A stretch of 64,000 nucleotides of DNA from Octopus sinensis (lineage: Eukaryota), in the NCBI RefSeq assembly GCF_006345805.1, contig NC_043010.1, forward strand, positions 25,792,001 to 25,856,000. The letters run 5' to 3'. Under the pieces are notes generated by a model. That model did not search any database and was not told the DNA's origin. It saw nothing but the letters and a program-made list of their open reading frames with translations. Position 1 is the stretch's first letter, and each line of letters opens with the position of its first letter. Below, in pieces: positions 51,036-64,000 of this stretch. Position numbers and translations under genes: made by a program.

Positions 51036-51658
51036 TACACACTTATCTAACTTCTACTTACCCATCTCACTATATAGCAATCTACGTAATTATATGTCTA
51101 TCTATCTATTTTTCTCTCTATTTACCCATTCACATATCAATCTATCCACCTGTCTACAAGTATCCCTCTGTCTCTAAATGATTTTTTTTTCCCATAATAT
51201 TCTTTCTGCCATTTGCTCTAATGTCTACTTCATGTGTGAGGCCTGATGGAGATGGATGTAGCATTCACTTTTTCATGAACAAAATGTTAAACATGACTTA
51301 GCTTCTCAGCAACCACAATATTATTCTTTAGAAGTAGCAGTTGTATTGTTTTTTGCTTTTTATAATTCCTCATTTTGAGACAAATATTCTGTCACATTTG
51401 TTGCCAAGTAGTAAACAAGATGGCAAGTGGTGGCATTATAAAGAAATCAGTCCTCAGCGTTTCAGTTCAAAACTCATGTTTAGTTCCACCTTTTATCCTT
51501 GGCATATAAATCATTCACTGGTTTGGAAGAGATTCCTCCAAGCTTAAAAAGTCAAATTTATTCCATTATTATGATCTATTATCTCTTTCTCTCCTTCCTT
51601 CCCTTTCCCCCCTTTCTCCCTCTTGTATATATATATATATATGTCTGCATATGTATTC

Positions 51659-51691
<33 letters not shown>

Positions 51692-53989
51692 CGTTTGTAT
51701 GCATCTAATATATGATATATGTGTATATATAGATATACACATACATAGATATATTATGTGTGTATACATGAGTGTGCATGTGTGTTGTGTGTGTGTGTTA
51801 TATTTAGTTTTAGAAACAATATTCAGATTATATATTCTTCATTATATCATTGGTAAAAGGCTAAGTTAGCATATGTTCTCTCCCTCTCTTTCTGTCCGTC
51901 TCTCTCTCTCTCTCATTAATTAAGCGTGTATAATAATAATAATAATAATAATAAATAGTATTGGTTATGTATTGAGATTTATCTCAAAGCAGTAGGTAGG
52001 ATAATATTAAAAAAAAAATCAGTTTCGGTTCCTCCAAAACAATTTCCCTTAACATCATATCTCATTTTCCTTCCTCTATGAGGTCATATTTGACCGATAT
52101 TGTGTTTGCTAATTACGAAGTCATTAACAATTAATTAATCATAGGGAATTGAGGGACATGAATATTAACAAAAGTTGTCACTTATTACTTTGCTCAGCTC
52201 ACACAAGGAGTTAAAGCAAAGTAGTTGAGTAAGAAGGGTACTAAACTGCTTGACAGTTGCTTGGTTGTGAGTTTAAATCATACACAGGTGTTTTTCCTTT
52301 CAGTGTACTTTTGGGATTCATTTTTAGTTCATCCTACATTTTCTCAGTTCACCTACTTACTTTGGGGAGCTTGTTTACTGCCAGATTTTTCTTGGAAGGT
52401 AACCCATAACTGACTAGTCACTTAACATCTTATACAATCAGGAGATCTTATTTATCTCTGCCTAATTTTATAGAACCCATCATTTGAACCATTTAAAAGG
52501 TAAAGCCTGAAAGGGCCAACAGGAAACACCAGCTTTCCCACTGTTTTATAGGACTGCTATGTAGACATTCAATTTTGTGTATAACTAAACAAAATTTCTT
52601 CAGAACAACTCACCTGATATTGCCTCCCTGGTTCCTCTATCAAAATGATCTAAATTCAAATCTGTCAAAATATCATGTTAATTTGTTCCAAATGCTAGCT
52701 TAATTAATGATTAATGACAAAATTATTTTATTAAATTCTTCATTATTTTAAAAATCATCTGATACAAAATCTGTATATCTCAACAGAAATATGGTGACAA
52801 AAGAAGTGGGGGTTATGAACTCCCTTCAAAACAACCTGTTCCAGGGCCAGCTTTCCCTCTCATCTATTTAATGCAATGGGAAACAAAGCTTAGCTGATTA
52901 CTGGTACTGTTAATTACTGCATATTTTTGTGTAGGTGGGAGAAGGGGGAGGGCAGGTGTGAAGCATTAATTATCAAATTGATTATGTAATATGAAATTAT
53001 CTGTCTATGTAGCACAAAGCAAATTCCTTTATATTATGTTAAAAAATATATAAATATATTTTTTCAAATCTTAATTCAAATATAAAATAAATATGAAAGT
53101 CTAATATGCCATTTCAGTAGGGCGTGGAGTTGCAAATCATATTCAGTTAGGTGTTAAAACTAATTGCTCAGATAGTTATCATCTTTGTCATCATCATCAT
53201 CATCAGTCATGTTGATCCACCATTATGTCCCAAAGGATCTGTTCCATATCTACCCCTCTCTATATTACTCTCTCTGTTTTTCTGCTCAATTGCACCAGAC
53301 CAAACTCTCCCCCACCCTACCTCATTGCATTAGGAATATAGAATGCATAATGATTTTATTTCTCTCTCCTCCTTTTCTTCAAATCATTCCAGTCACAAGG
53401 ATCCTTTTTATAAATGCTCCATGGAATATATGTGTAAATGTATCTAGCTATATATGTGTGTGAGTGTGTGTGTGTATCTAGCTCTGTCTATATATATATA
53501 TGAATGTATATATGTATGTATATGTACATTTGTATATATATATACATACACACACATACATGCAGATACAAAACATACACACACATATGTATATTTCACA
53601 TAGAATTCATTATCTTCTGACACCATCATTCAATAGTTTAGCTGATTTGCTGGAAGGTTTTCTTCCTAACTTTCTTCAATAGCCATTCATATTTAACTCA
53701 TCTTTTAAACAAGTGTCGAAAGAAAGTATGTCAATTATTCAAGACGAATCAATTTCTCTATTCTATAAACAGTTCTATTTTTCTACATCACCCACTATAC
53801 AATCTTGTGCATTTACTTAAAAATCTTCTCGTCACTGCTTTGGCAAGTATGCTAAAATCTATGCCTTACTGATGAGGTCATAATAAGACTGAAACTTACA
53901 TAGAGTTGTCTCCCATACCAAAATAATTAAAACAGTAACATCCATTGCCTAGTATTATTTATTCCAAACTGTAGGGTGGTCATCTGACT

Positions 53990-54190
53990 GAGTCATTAGA
54001 ATGCTGGACAAAATGCTTAGCAGCATTGCTTCCAGCTTTATGTTCTGAGTTCAAATTCTGCTGAGGTCGACTTTGCCTTTTGTCCTTTCAGGGTCAGTAA
54101 AATAAGTACCAGTGTAGTACTGGGGTCGATGTAATCGACTATCCCCCACTTCCCCAAAATCTCAGGCCTTGTACCCATAGTAGGAAGAAT
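53990..54190 (+). mobile_element. SINE family B copy (further fragments at ~41655-41870, 42765-42890, 54915-55050)
   Basis: Family B consensus. Confidence 0.78.
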
Positions 54191-56136
54191 TATTTTTTCC
54201 TCACTGAATAATTATTTCAACTTAGCTTATTTGTGCTCTCTTAAGACTAACTGAACTACTATTTTTTTTCCAGTAGATGGCATACCAAAGTACATCTCTA
54301 AGACTTTTAATTCAAGTCAGGAATTTAATTGAATCTTTGTCAAACCAAACACATCTGTTTTATTTTTGTAACAATTCATTATCAGATTATATTTAAGACA
54401 AAAAAAAAAAAGGAAAAGGAAAATGGAAGCTTATTTGAATTCAAACAGGCAATAGTGTTTTCTGAGGTATCAAGGCTTATTCTGTAACATGCTGTGTAAT
54501 CTCTCTTGCTCTCTGCAGTTACACAAGGGCTTGCTTCTGCTTTTAGTGGACTTTCTCAAGTTAGCTCATATTTATCATGTACATGGGTGATCAGTGGATG
54601 AATTGAGTCTGCAACAAAACAGTCAATTTCTGAGTGGGTAATTTCACTTTGAGGATGAACCAACGACCTGTTTATGAGTTATACTGATGTAGTCAGCTAA
54701 ATATCGAGGGCTACAGCTGGTCATGCAGATTTATAAGACAGCTAACTGCCAAGCACTGTTGTGTGTGCTTAGATTCTGGACACTTAATGCTTGCTCATAG
54801 AATCTTTATATATTATACACAGTTATGTACTAAAAGAAAGTTTCATTAGCTTCTCTGCTGTAATTCACCTTGAGATATCAATAATAATTGTCTTTCATAA
54901 TTGAAATTCCATAAGATGGCAAGCTGGTGGAAACATCAGATAAAGTGTTTAGTGACATTTTTTTTGGCTCTTGATGTTCTGAGTTCAAATTCTGCTGAGG
55001 TCAACTTTGCCTTTCATCCTTCTGGAGTTGATAAAATAAAGTACCAGTCAGCTACACTGCTTAAGGCAACCAAGAACCTCATGATTAAGTTTACCTCCCA
55101 AGTGCGCATGTGTTTCCAGGGTGATTTCCATTCCACTAATTTGCATAGAATTAAAAATATCTAACAACTATATCTAGTAAGGATGCCAAAATTTCAATTA
55201 ATTAAATATGAATTTTCAAGTAATTAGCTTTTTTAATGCAACACTAACATAGCAATCTAAATAAACAGTTAAGTGACTTAGCGTTTTAGTTAGCAAAGAA
55301 AGACATGAAAATAAATACTTATGTCCATACACAGGAAGGAATATAGATGTTATTTCCAGTTCTTTGAATTCAGAATTCAGATCTCACTGAAATCAATTTC
55401 TGACTTTCATCCTTCCCAAGTAACTGTCTTCAGTTAAAAAAAAAAAGAAACAACTTCATCTTGAAAACCTAATGTACACATTTATTTCTTTTGTGTGCTA
55501 AATGCAAAATGTGTATGAGCATACAATCAGTTTGGAGGTAACATTGCTCTCCATCCTTACATATGACATATTACAAACACACAGATAGATGATTAGACAC
55601 ATACACACACATGTATATATATGATATGTGTATGTATTTTATTTCCTGGCATACAAGTCAACATAATAAATATATAAAGTAAACATGTTCTATAAGCATT
55701 CAAACATTGTCATTATGTTTCCAAATCCTGCTGCATTTCACATGGAATTTTTTGGTCCTCCAAAGTTGTCTTGGTTTGTAAATCAACATAACATTTTTGG
55801 CAGCATATTTTGACCATAAAAAAATTCAACTTCTATACCAGAAAATAGAGTGTGTGTGTGCACAGGAGTATGTATTTTGTACATGTGCCTGCACAAATGG
55901 AGTACATATATGCAAAGAGACAGGAAAGTTGAGAAATTGTCCACAATGCTACTTTTAACCAAATGCTCTTTGTCCCAATGTCTTTTATCTATTTCCTCTT
56001 CGTAATGACAAAAACCAATACTTGATGTTTGCCAAGTTTGTATCTGTGTATCTTCTTGTGTGTCCAAGTGTTGAGAAGGGAAGTTAAAACAAATTCTATA
56101 TACATACATATGCATATATACATATACATATATGTA

Positions 56137-56194
<58 letters not shown>

Positions 56195-57620
56195 GTGGAT
56201 CTAATCCAAAAATGTTAAAGAAATACAAATAAATAAATATATAAATAAATATACACATATATATATATTAAAATTAAAAGATGAGCATCAGTGATTTGTA
56301 ATTAAACCATGTAACGTCATTGTCAGAGAAAACTAAATTTGGGCTGGGCCAGGCTGGAGCAAGCTGGGCTGGACTGAACTATTAACAATGTGTTTATACA
56401 ACATCCATTTCCTGTTGTTGTGGTGCAGGTATTGTTCAATGTTAAATAAGACAGTCTGGGTACACTGTTTCTTTCTTTATCCATTAAGCAAATTTCTTCA
56501 ATTATTTTGTTTGTTTTTTTTTTTTGTTTTTACTCCCATAATTATTTATTTTTTATTACTGTACGTGAAAATGTCTAATTACCATCAATATTATTATTAT
56601 TTTTACTTTTTATTATGACTATTATCGATATTTAAGTTATTTGTTGGGAATTCTATTTATTGCTCTTGTTCGTTGTCTGAAACCAAAATTTATATTTAAA
56701 AAAATTTATATGTAAAAAAATAAATAAAATAAAATGAATTGATAACAAAATAACAAAATTAATACACACACACATATATATACATACACATTTGTATGTG
56801 TGTGTTTATCAATACATACCATGCATACATATTGAGATATATATACACACATATACACATTCACACACACACACACAATAACTATATGATAAACCTGATC
56901 ATTGTTTTGCTAACACATCTATTAATGGTGTGTATGCAAGTCGTTTTACATGGAACATTCCAGGCTATGTGTGCAGTAGGAGGCTACAGTTTAAGAAGCA
57001 AAAATAATAATAATATAATAATAATAATGACTAATATACAAAATTTAAAAAAATATATATATATCTATATAATAAAATAAAGCATATTTGTTCTAAATAA
57101 ATATTTAAAAAAATTACTATTCTTGATTTTTTCTCACCCCTGTTCTATCTCCACATCTTGATTGACCCCCCTCCCTCCCTCATGTGAGGAGCCAGCATCT
57201 AAGGCAAGAAGACCCTAATTCTAGCTACAGATGCTTTGGTTGTCCTGTCATATCATGGCTACTGCAAAAAAAAAAGACAAAAAAAAAGAAACAAAGGCAA
57301 AAAATAAAAAAAGAGAGAGAGACTCTCTAAATCATTTATTTACCTGTGACTGTTAAGTCTGCATCATTGGTTAACAGGAACAGTAAACCTGCTGGCTATT
57401 CTGTAGAGGCCTTCCCTTCCTTTTCCCCTCCCCTTACCTACCAATCTTGATTTCTATAAAGATTTGAAACAAACAAAAAAAAAAACAAAGTATATATATA
57501 TATATATATTACAGCAAAACAAGAGATAAATTTTCTGCTTTTCTTCTTAACAGTGGTCTTTACTTTGTACATTTATCAAATAAAATATTTTGACAAGTTC
57601 TTTTTCGTCTTAATGGCTTT

Positions 57621-57868
57621 TTATTACTTCCACCTTAGCAAAGACGGAGGTATTGTTTTCAGTCATATTTGTTTGTTTGTCCGTGGACAAACTGCTGAAT
57701 GAAACTTTCAGGTATGTTTGGCCTTGTGACTGGCACAAACTGATTAGATTTTAGGATCAATTTGGTACCAGACAAGTATTCTGGATTATTTTTCCAGTTT
57801 TTTTTAACTTAATTTTTGAAACCAGTTCGGTTCATTTTTAGTATTCTCATTTGTGAGAGCAGTGGAGT
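57621..57868 (+). mobile_element. 3'-truncated copy of the HINE/DINE-1-like element at 2484
   Basis: Colinear similarity from caccttagcaaagacggaggtattgttttcag to catttgtgagagcag. Confidence 0.7.
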
Positions 57869-57960
57869 GCAAAAGATGCTGAGAAAACAAGTCATTATAC
57901 TGTCTCAAGACAGAAGATGAGTGGCACAGCAAGATCAAGCAGTGAGGATGGTAGAAACAT

Positions 57961-58172
57961 CTGGCGAGCTGGCATGCCGGGTGAAATGCTTAGCGGTATT
58001 TCGTCCGTCTTTACGTTCTGAGATCAAATTCTGCCGAGGTCAACTTTCATCCTTTTGGGGTCGATTAAATAAGTACCAGTTATGCACTGGGGTCGATGTA
58101 ATCAACTTAATCACTTTGTCTGTCCTCGTTTGTCCCCTCTATGTTTAGCCCCTTGTGGGCAATAAAGAAATA
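57961..58172 (+). mobile_element. Family B2 SINE (alternative tail) with 10-13-bp TSD
   Basis: agaaacatctggc at 57953-57965 and 58173-58185; tail tagccccttgtgggcaataaagaaata. Confidence 0.82.
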
Positions 58173-58361
58173 AGAAACATCTGGCCCAGACTCAATAAAG
58201 CTCACACTGTTGTGCTGGAGTTTTGTCACCTACATCAGTGAGTGGCCCTAGGTTGCCCTGCTGTTGCAATGGAAGTGACTGAAACACCTCCAGAGCTGCC
58301 TAACCATCTGCTGTGACACTGAATCTTGCATTCAGTGATGGAGTACAGCAAATGCTTACTG

Positions 58362-58558
58362 TAGGCACAGGCATGGTAAGAAGCTTGCTTCACAACCATA
58401 TTGTTCTGGGTTCAGTCCCACTGTGTGTCACCTTGGGCAAGCATTTTCTTCTATAGCCCCAGGTCAACCAAAGCCTTGGAAAAGTGTCTTATTACAAGCC
58501 TTGTGTCAACCAGTAACTTCTGAATAGAATTGTCAAAGGAAACTGTACAGAAGCCTAT

Positions 58559-58596
<38 letters not shown>

Positions 58597-58730
58597 ACAT
58601 GCAAATATATACACTCACTCAATAGGTGTAGCTCTAGCTGTGTGGTTAAGCTGTTTGTTTCCCAACCACATTGTTAGAACCTTAGGCAAGTGTTTTCTGC
58701 TACAGCCCCGAGTTGACCAAAACCTTGCTA
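58362..58730 (+). mobile_element. Two SINE family A head fragments (~58362-58555, ~58625-58730)
   Basis: gcttgcttcacaaccatattgttctgggttcagtccc; ctgtgtggttaagctgtttgtttcccaaccac. Confidence 0.7.
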
Positions 58731-59149
58731 AAAAACAAAATAGTATATAGATTAAATAGCACAGAACAGCAGGAAGTGTGTAAAGAAAGTTTTTATTTTG
58801 CTATCAAAAAAACTTTTCTATACAAATGTTCTGCTTTCAGATCAAAATGGTTTTGTTTGTAAACATGCATCAGAGATATAGAAAACAGTAGAGCAGTTAT
58901 TTTAAGTATTGAGAATATTATTTTTGTGGGCTTGTGTGTCTGTGTACATATAAACATACACACACAGACATACACATACACACACATACATACACATTTT
59001 AGCATCCTGAACCTGAGCCAGGTTCCTGTGAGGAGCCTACGAAACTTATGAGGTGAATCAAACTGTTTTAAATAATAATAATAATAATAATTCATAGTAG
59101 TAGTAGTAATAGTAGTATACATACATACATATATTATATATATGGTAAA

Positions 59150-59345
59150 TCAAAAAACAAAGAACAAACACAAAAAACACAACATGAGGACGTGGTACAT
59201 GTAATGTATTAGTAGACGCTCAGAGAAGGAAAGAAAGATGGTTTAACATTTTGAGCAGACACTCTTCTTTGGAAACAGAAGAAAGTCTTATAGAAGGGAA
59301 GACAGAGGAAGAAAATCACCAACGATTCACATGTGATTACATTTT
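59150..59345 (-). mobile_element. Decayed copy of the hammerhead-bearing element at 15590-15812
   Basis: caacatgaggacgtgg...gacgctcag...gaagggaagacagagg matches the reverse complement; catalytic core mutated. Confidence 0.7.
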
Positions 59346-59816
59346 GAAATGTATATATATATATATACAGACACATACATACATACACCCAGAACCACGC
59401 TAATAGCTTAGGAGTGAAATTTAGGATTTCTAGGTTTTGTGTGAATTGATTTTAATAAAACTTTTTCCAGTTGGTTTGCACACTATGGCAACACCATTGT
59501 TATGTTTTCTTTATTCTATGTAACATTCTTTTCTTATTTCAAAGTGCTAAAGACACCTCTCTTCATGTCATTGTGGAGACATTGGGTTGTCATGTGGACA
59601 CAGACAATTTCTGAAGGACCCTTCACCAAGGAAGAAATGATCTGATTACGGGACCTCCAAGACTGTGACAGCCAGGGATTTAAGTAATATTGGCTGCAAG
59701 TTGCGTGGGAAACCTGGATAAACAAGCAAAGCCATTTTCACCATCTCCAAACTTCCACAAGTACTAAAACCCACCAGAAATCACATCCTTGGGACCCTGG
59801 CTTCTGTGCGAGAACC

Positions 59817-59885
<69 letters not shown>

Positions 59886-59897
59886 AATATATATATT

Positions 59898-59941
<44 letters not shown>

Positions 59942-59959
59942 AATATATATTATATATAA

Positions 59960-60342
59960 GCCCCTCAAGATTCTCTTCCAGAGCTTTCTTGCAAATGGCA
60001 AACTGCCAAGCAAACTGAAGGAGGGAATAATATGCCCAATACATAAAGGGGGAAGTAGAGCAGATGCCAAAAACTATAGGCCTATCTCTCTGACTTCACA
60101 CATCAGCAAAGTCATGGAACGGATAGTCAGAAAGAAACTAATCACATTCCTTGAGGAAAATAACTTGCTGAGTAATACCCAGCATGGTTTTCGACCAGGT
60201 AGGAGCTGCCTGACCCAGCTCTTACAGCATTATGACTGGGTGTTGAGGCAGTTACTCAACAAATTAAATGTGGACGTAATTTACCTTGATTTTGCAAAAG
60301 CTTTTGACAAGGTGGATCATGGTATGATATGCCACAAACTAC
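59960..60342 (+). pseudogene. CR1/Jockey-group LINE reverse transcriptase fragment between two (TA)n tracts
   Basis: PIHKGGSRADAKNYRPISLTSHISKVMERIV...QHGFRPGRSCLTQL...VDVIYLDFAKAFDKVDH, the classic non-LTR RT N-terminal motifs. Confidence 0.9.
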
Positions 60343-60402
60343 ACACATATATATATATACACACACACATATATATATACACACATATATATATATACAC
60401 AC

Positions 60403-60437
<35 letters not shown>

Positions 60438-60471
60438 TATATATACATATATTTATATACATATATATACA

Positions 60472-60850
60472 TCTTTATATATATAAAACTGAGAATGTGT
60501 GTCTGTCTGTCTGTTTGTGTGTTGCCCTAAAACTTGAGAACTACGCAACCAATTTCATTCAAATTTTACACATGCCTTACTTAGGGTCCGGGGAGTGTCA
60601 TCGGCAAAAAAAATGTTCAACTACTTGCCTAGAGCGAGCCCATAGCAATATCATATCTTCTCCACTATTTCAGTATTACGTGTTAAAAGTGAAACAAAAA
60701 CATTTCTCTATTTTATGTCATATACTTTCACTTTAACAATAAAAATAATAGTAACAATTGAATTATATGTAGTAAGTAATAATTAAAATCAAACTAAAGT
60801 ATAATATAATCGTAACATAACAAAAGTAAAAATAGCAATTGGTATAAAAT
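60472..60850 (+). mobile_element. Probable non-autonomous Helitron 5' end
   Basis: A|TC start, tatatataaaa, (gtct)n tract, aaaacttgagaactacgcaaccaatttcattcaaatttt pattern resembling small animal Helitrons; no CTAG 3' end seen. Confidence 0.45.
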
Positions 60851-61173
60851 TGCATCAATGACTTGAACTTGAATAAGTGGTTTCACATGAATGGGAATAA
60901 ATTAAAAATAAAATTAGCATGCAGAAATGGAATAGTCCAGATGGATAATAAAAAATTAAATTAAAGCAAAGGCTATTGTCTATAAAGTATACAATGTAGA
61001 GAAAAAAGGTCGCGTTTTTTTGCGCTCTGTAAAATTCGGTTAAAAAAGAAAAACAACAAAAAGTGAATTGTGGTTGCGGAATTGGAACGTCGGTTGGTGC
61101 GGTTTCGCGTCGCACTGGTTCTGTGCGTGGCACGTTTTCTGTTCGGGAGGCCGTTTTTCGGTCTGAGGCGACT

Positions 61174-62536
61174 ATGAGCCGCCTCTACCAAACGGATGAG
61201 ATGGAAGGGAGAAATTTCTCTGGAAATTCGTCGACATCTGAGGAGGAGTTGGCGGTGATAAAAATGGAAAGCACCTATGCAGGTATAACGAAGAAGTCAA
61301 CAGAAAAAGAGATAGACCTGGCTAAGTTGACGGACTTCCAGGAGTTCATGAAGGAGGAGGAGAACGGAGAGGTTGAGCTGTTGCCTCTAGCAGGGCGCGG
61401 AGACTGGTTCCATCGTAGAACCATTATATATAAAGTATTTATGAATGGAGGTAGAAAAATGGAAGTGATTAACATGGAAGCAATTGAAGAGGCTTTCAAA
61501 CGGACAGGAGAAGAAATTGTGTACATGACAAAAGGATTAGAATATGGAACCATAACGGTACAATTTAAAAGTGAGAAAGCAGCCAGGAATATAGCAGCCA
61601 AGGTGGTGAGTACAGAAAAGTTTTACTTGTTCCCCTCGTATTTGAATAGAAGGACCACCAGAATTAGGGTGGAAGGAATACCTCCACACCTAGAGGGCAA
61701 ATTAATAACGGCTGCGGTTATCAAAGGAAATGAAGATAAAGTGGACATCCTCCACGCCATTATGAAATATGAAGGCGTGAGAGGTGCCACACTAGTAATG
61801 AACATACAGACGGAGACGGAAGTTATAGAAAAGCTTACGGACAGTATAAAAACTGGGAATATTATTATGAGAGTGTGGGTGGAGGGTAGGGCGCCCAGGT
61901 GCTACAAGTGTGGCATGAGGGGTCACATAAGAGCCTACTGCCCTCCACCACTAAAGGAAAAAGAAAAGGAAATCGTCGCGGAAGCCCCAAAAGAGGAAGA
62001 AACCAAGAGAACCAAAGGGAAAAAGAAACGACAGAAGAAGAGGAGATGCAACAAGAGTGGGAAGAAGGAAGAAAAAAGAGAAAAAGAAAGAAAAAGAAAA
62101 CTGTGCGAAGCCCCAACCCACCCCAACACCACCCGCACCCTCTGAATCCCACCCTTCCCTTGCAGACAGTGAACCCACCCGCTCCCCTCCAACAAGAAAA
62201 CAAAAGAAAAATAACAATACAGACAGACAAGAGTTTGAAAACGAACCCAGGCCGAACATTTATATTGTGACTGAACAGAAAGAGGTTGAAAGGGTAATGG
62301 AGGAGTATGAATGGTATGAAATGGATGGGACCAGATATGCAGTGCTGGAAAAGAAGAATATAGATGAGCTTGTGTTGAGGTGTGAAAGGGAGAATTGGGA
62401 GGTGAAAGATACAAGAATGAGCAATGAATTCGTGGAATATATGGAGGACAGTTTCGGAGTAAGAATGGATATGGATGGTCTTCGTATTGGGAATGAACAT
62501 TCAGGTGACAGTGAAAACAAAAGGACAGGTAAGTGA
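61174..62536 (+). CDS. Element E1: Tx1/L1-type ORF1 (gag-like, RRM-like region + CCHC knuckle + charged tail), two frameshifts (~62000-62050 and ~62260), no ORF2
   Basis: MESTYAGITKK...RRTTRIRVEGIPP...VWVEGRAPRCYKCGMRGHIRAYCP; C-terminal parts in ORFs 61899-62270 and 62057-62536; tail at 62656-62683. Confidence 0.75.
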
Positions 62537-62837
62537 TGCTGGCGGAGGGGGCCGTTAGCATCGCTTTCATATTATCATTTTTTCATTTTCATTTGCTCAT
62601 AAATTTAATCATATTGTTCTATGTCCCCCATGTTTTGTTATGTCCGCCATTCTTCGTAGCCCCTGGTGGGTAATAAAGAAATAACATCGAGGAAATCTAT
62701 CCACGTGTGTTGTGAGTTATTTTGTATGTGAAAATTTGAAAAAAAAACTGTTAAAAATTGTCAAAAAATTGAATCGCGCGAGGCGTTTGCCGCTACGTGT
62801 TTGAACCTTTTATAGAAGGTGTGTCGACCCTCAAGTC

Positions 62838-64000
62838 ATGGAGACTTACGCGGGGGTCGCCACAACAAAAAGTGACGAGTCTCTTAGAATAAAAGAAGTG
62901 TTCTTTAGAAAAGAACAATTGAAGGAATACGAGAAGTTCGTCAAAAGGGAGGGTGACAGCGTGAAGCTGGTCCCGCCTGTGGAAACAATAGAAGAGAAAA
63001 ATAACAAGACGATAACGTATAGAACGCAAGATAGAAACACGAGAAAACTGGTGAGAGTGACGATTGAAGAAATAGAGAAATGTCTGGGGGACATCATGAA
63101 AAAAGCGACTTTTGTAGACAGAGGAAAGAAATATGGTACGGTGGAGGTGAGATGCGCAACAAAGGAAGTGGCGGCCTCATTGGCTTCCACTGTCCTGAAA
63201 GCGGAAAATTTCACCATGTGGCCGACGTATAAAGGAAGACGAGGGGTACGGGTAAGAGTCCCAAAGGTGCCCCCAGATATTAAAACAGAAATGCTGGTAA
63301 CAGCCATTATTGGGGCAGCAAAAGAGGAAGTAGAAATAGGGTCAATTAAGGAGACGAACGTTGTAAATTGGAAGGGATTCGGAGTAGAGTTGTGGCTGAT
63401 GGCCACAATGGAAGACATCGAAAGATTTCCCTTCCAAATAGAAATAGAAAACGAGAAAACAATTAGTGTAATAGTGGAAGGCAGAAAACCGAATTGCTAC
63501 CTGTGCGGATCAAGAGGGCACATAAAAAAGGAATGTCCGCTGTATGAATTCACAGCGGAGCAAAAAGAGACACAAAGTGGAGAGAAGGAAAACGAACACG
63601 AAGGAAAGAACAGCGAAAACAAGGAAAAGGAAATAACGGAGAAACAACAAGAGAAGGGAAGTAACAGCACACTGAGGAAAATGAAAACAAAGGGAAGAAG
63701 ATAGTAGAAAAGGAGCAAAATTCACAGGGTGCAGAAGTAGTGGAGAAGGAGCCAAGGCAGAAGCAAGAGAAAGAAAAGGAAAGTACATTAAAGGAAAGAG
63801 AAAAAGCAGGAAAAGAACAAGAGAAGGAACAGAACCAAGAGAAAGGAAAAGATGGTATGCAAAAAGGAAAAGAAACAACAGGAAAGGAACTTAAGGCACA
63901 GGGTAGAGAGACGGCAGACAAAGAGCCAAAAAGACAAGAGAAGGAAAAAGAAAGAAGAGAAAGCAGAAAGAGAGAAACCAAGGGAGGAGAAAAAAGAGGA
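62838..64000 (+). CDS. Element E2: second, divergent Tx1/L1-type ORF1; E/K-rich tail continues after a frameshift at ~63670 and runs off the window
   Basis: METYAGVATTK...RRGVRVRVPKVPP...VIVEGRKPNCYLCGSRGHIKKECP; alignable with E1 along the whole core. Confidence 0.78.

Noticed and set aside
61275-63981. Long - strand Phe/Ser/Leu-rich ORFs opposite the ORF1 genes
   Set aside because: Antisense shadows of purine-rich Glu/Lys coding sequence.

Overview
Eukaryotic, very AT- and microsatellite-rich DNA. The repeat landscape suggests a coleoid cephalopod, most likely Octopus (inference from recall, not checked). The only host gene I can support is the 3' part of an E93/Mblk-1 (LCOR/LCORL-family, pipsqueak-HTH) transcription factor on the + strand: a probable 43-nt exon (1703-1745), a PLDLS-containing exon (16387-16594) and a large terminal exon (19959-23637), all phase-compatible. 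The terminal exon carries a near-identical ~1.42-kb internal tandem duplication joined through CAA tracts with two 1-nt frameshifts; it is either a false haplotype duplication or a real three-HTH allele. The rest is mobile DNA: four SINE families, piggyBac/hAT/Kolobok/mariner MITEs, Helentron/Helitron-like elements, CR1-type RT and R4/Dong- and HERO-like 3' remnants. Most interesting: (i) (TA)n-anchored mini-elements carrying minimal hammerhead-ribozyme motifs, several inside long fold-back repeats (Penelope-like); (ii) two divergent, head-to-tail zinc-knuckle ORF1 retroelements at the right end, the first ORF2-less and sharing its 3' stem-loop tail with a SINE subfamily; (iii) three RLE-type retroelement tails all sitting in (AAT)n. 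Most short ORFs in the supplied track are microsatellite artefacts. Coordinates of degenerate repeats are approximate, and family names come from recalled motifs, not database searches.
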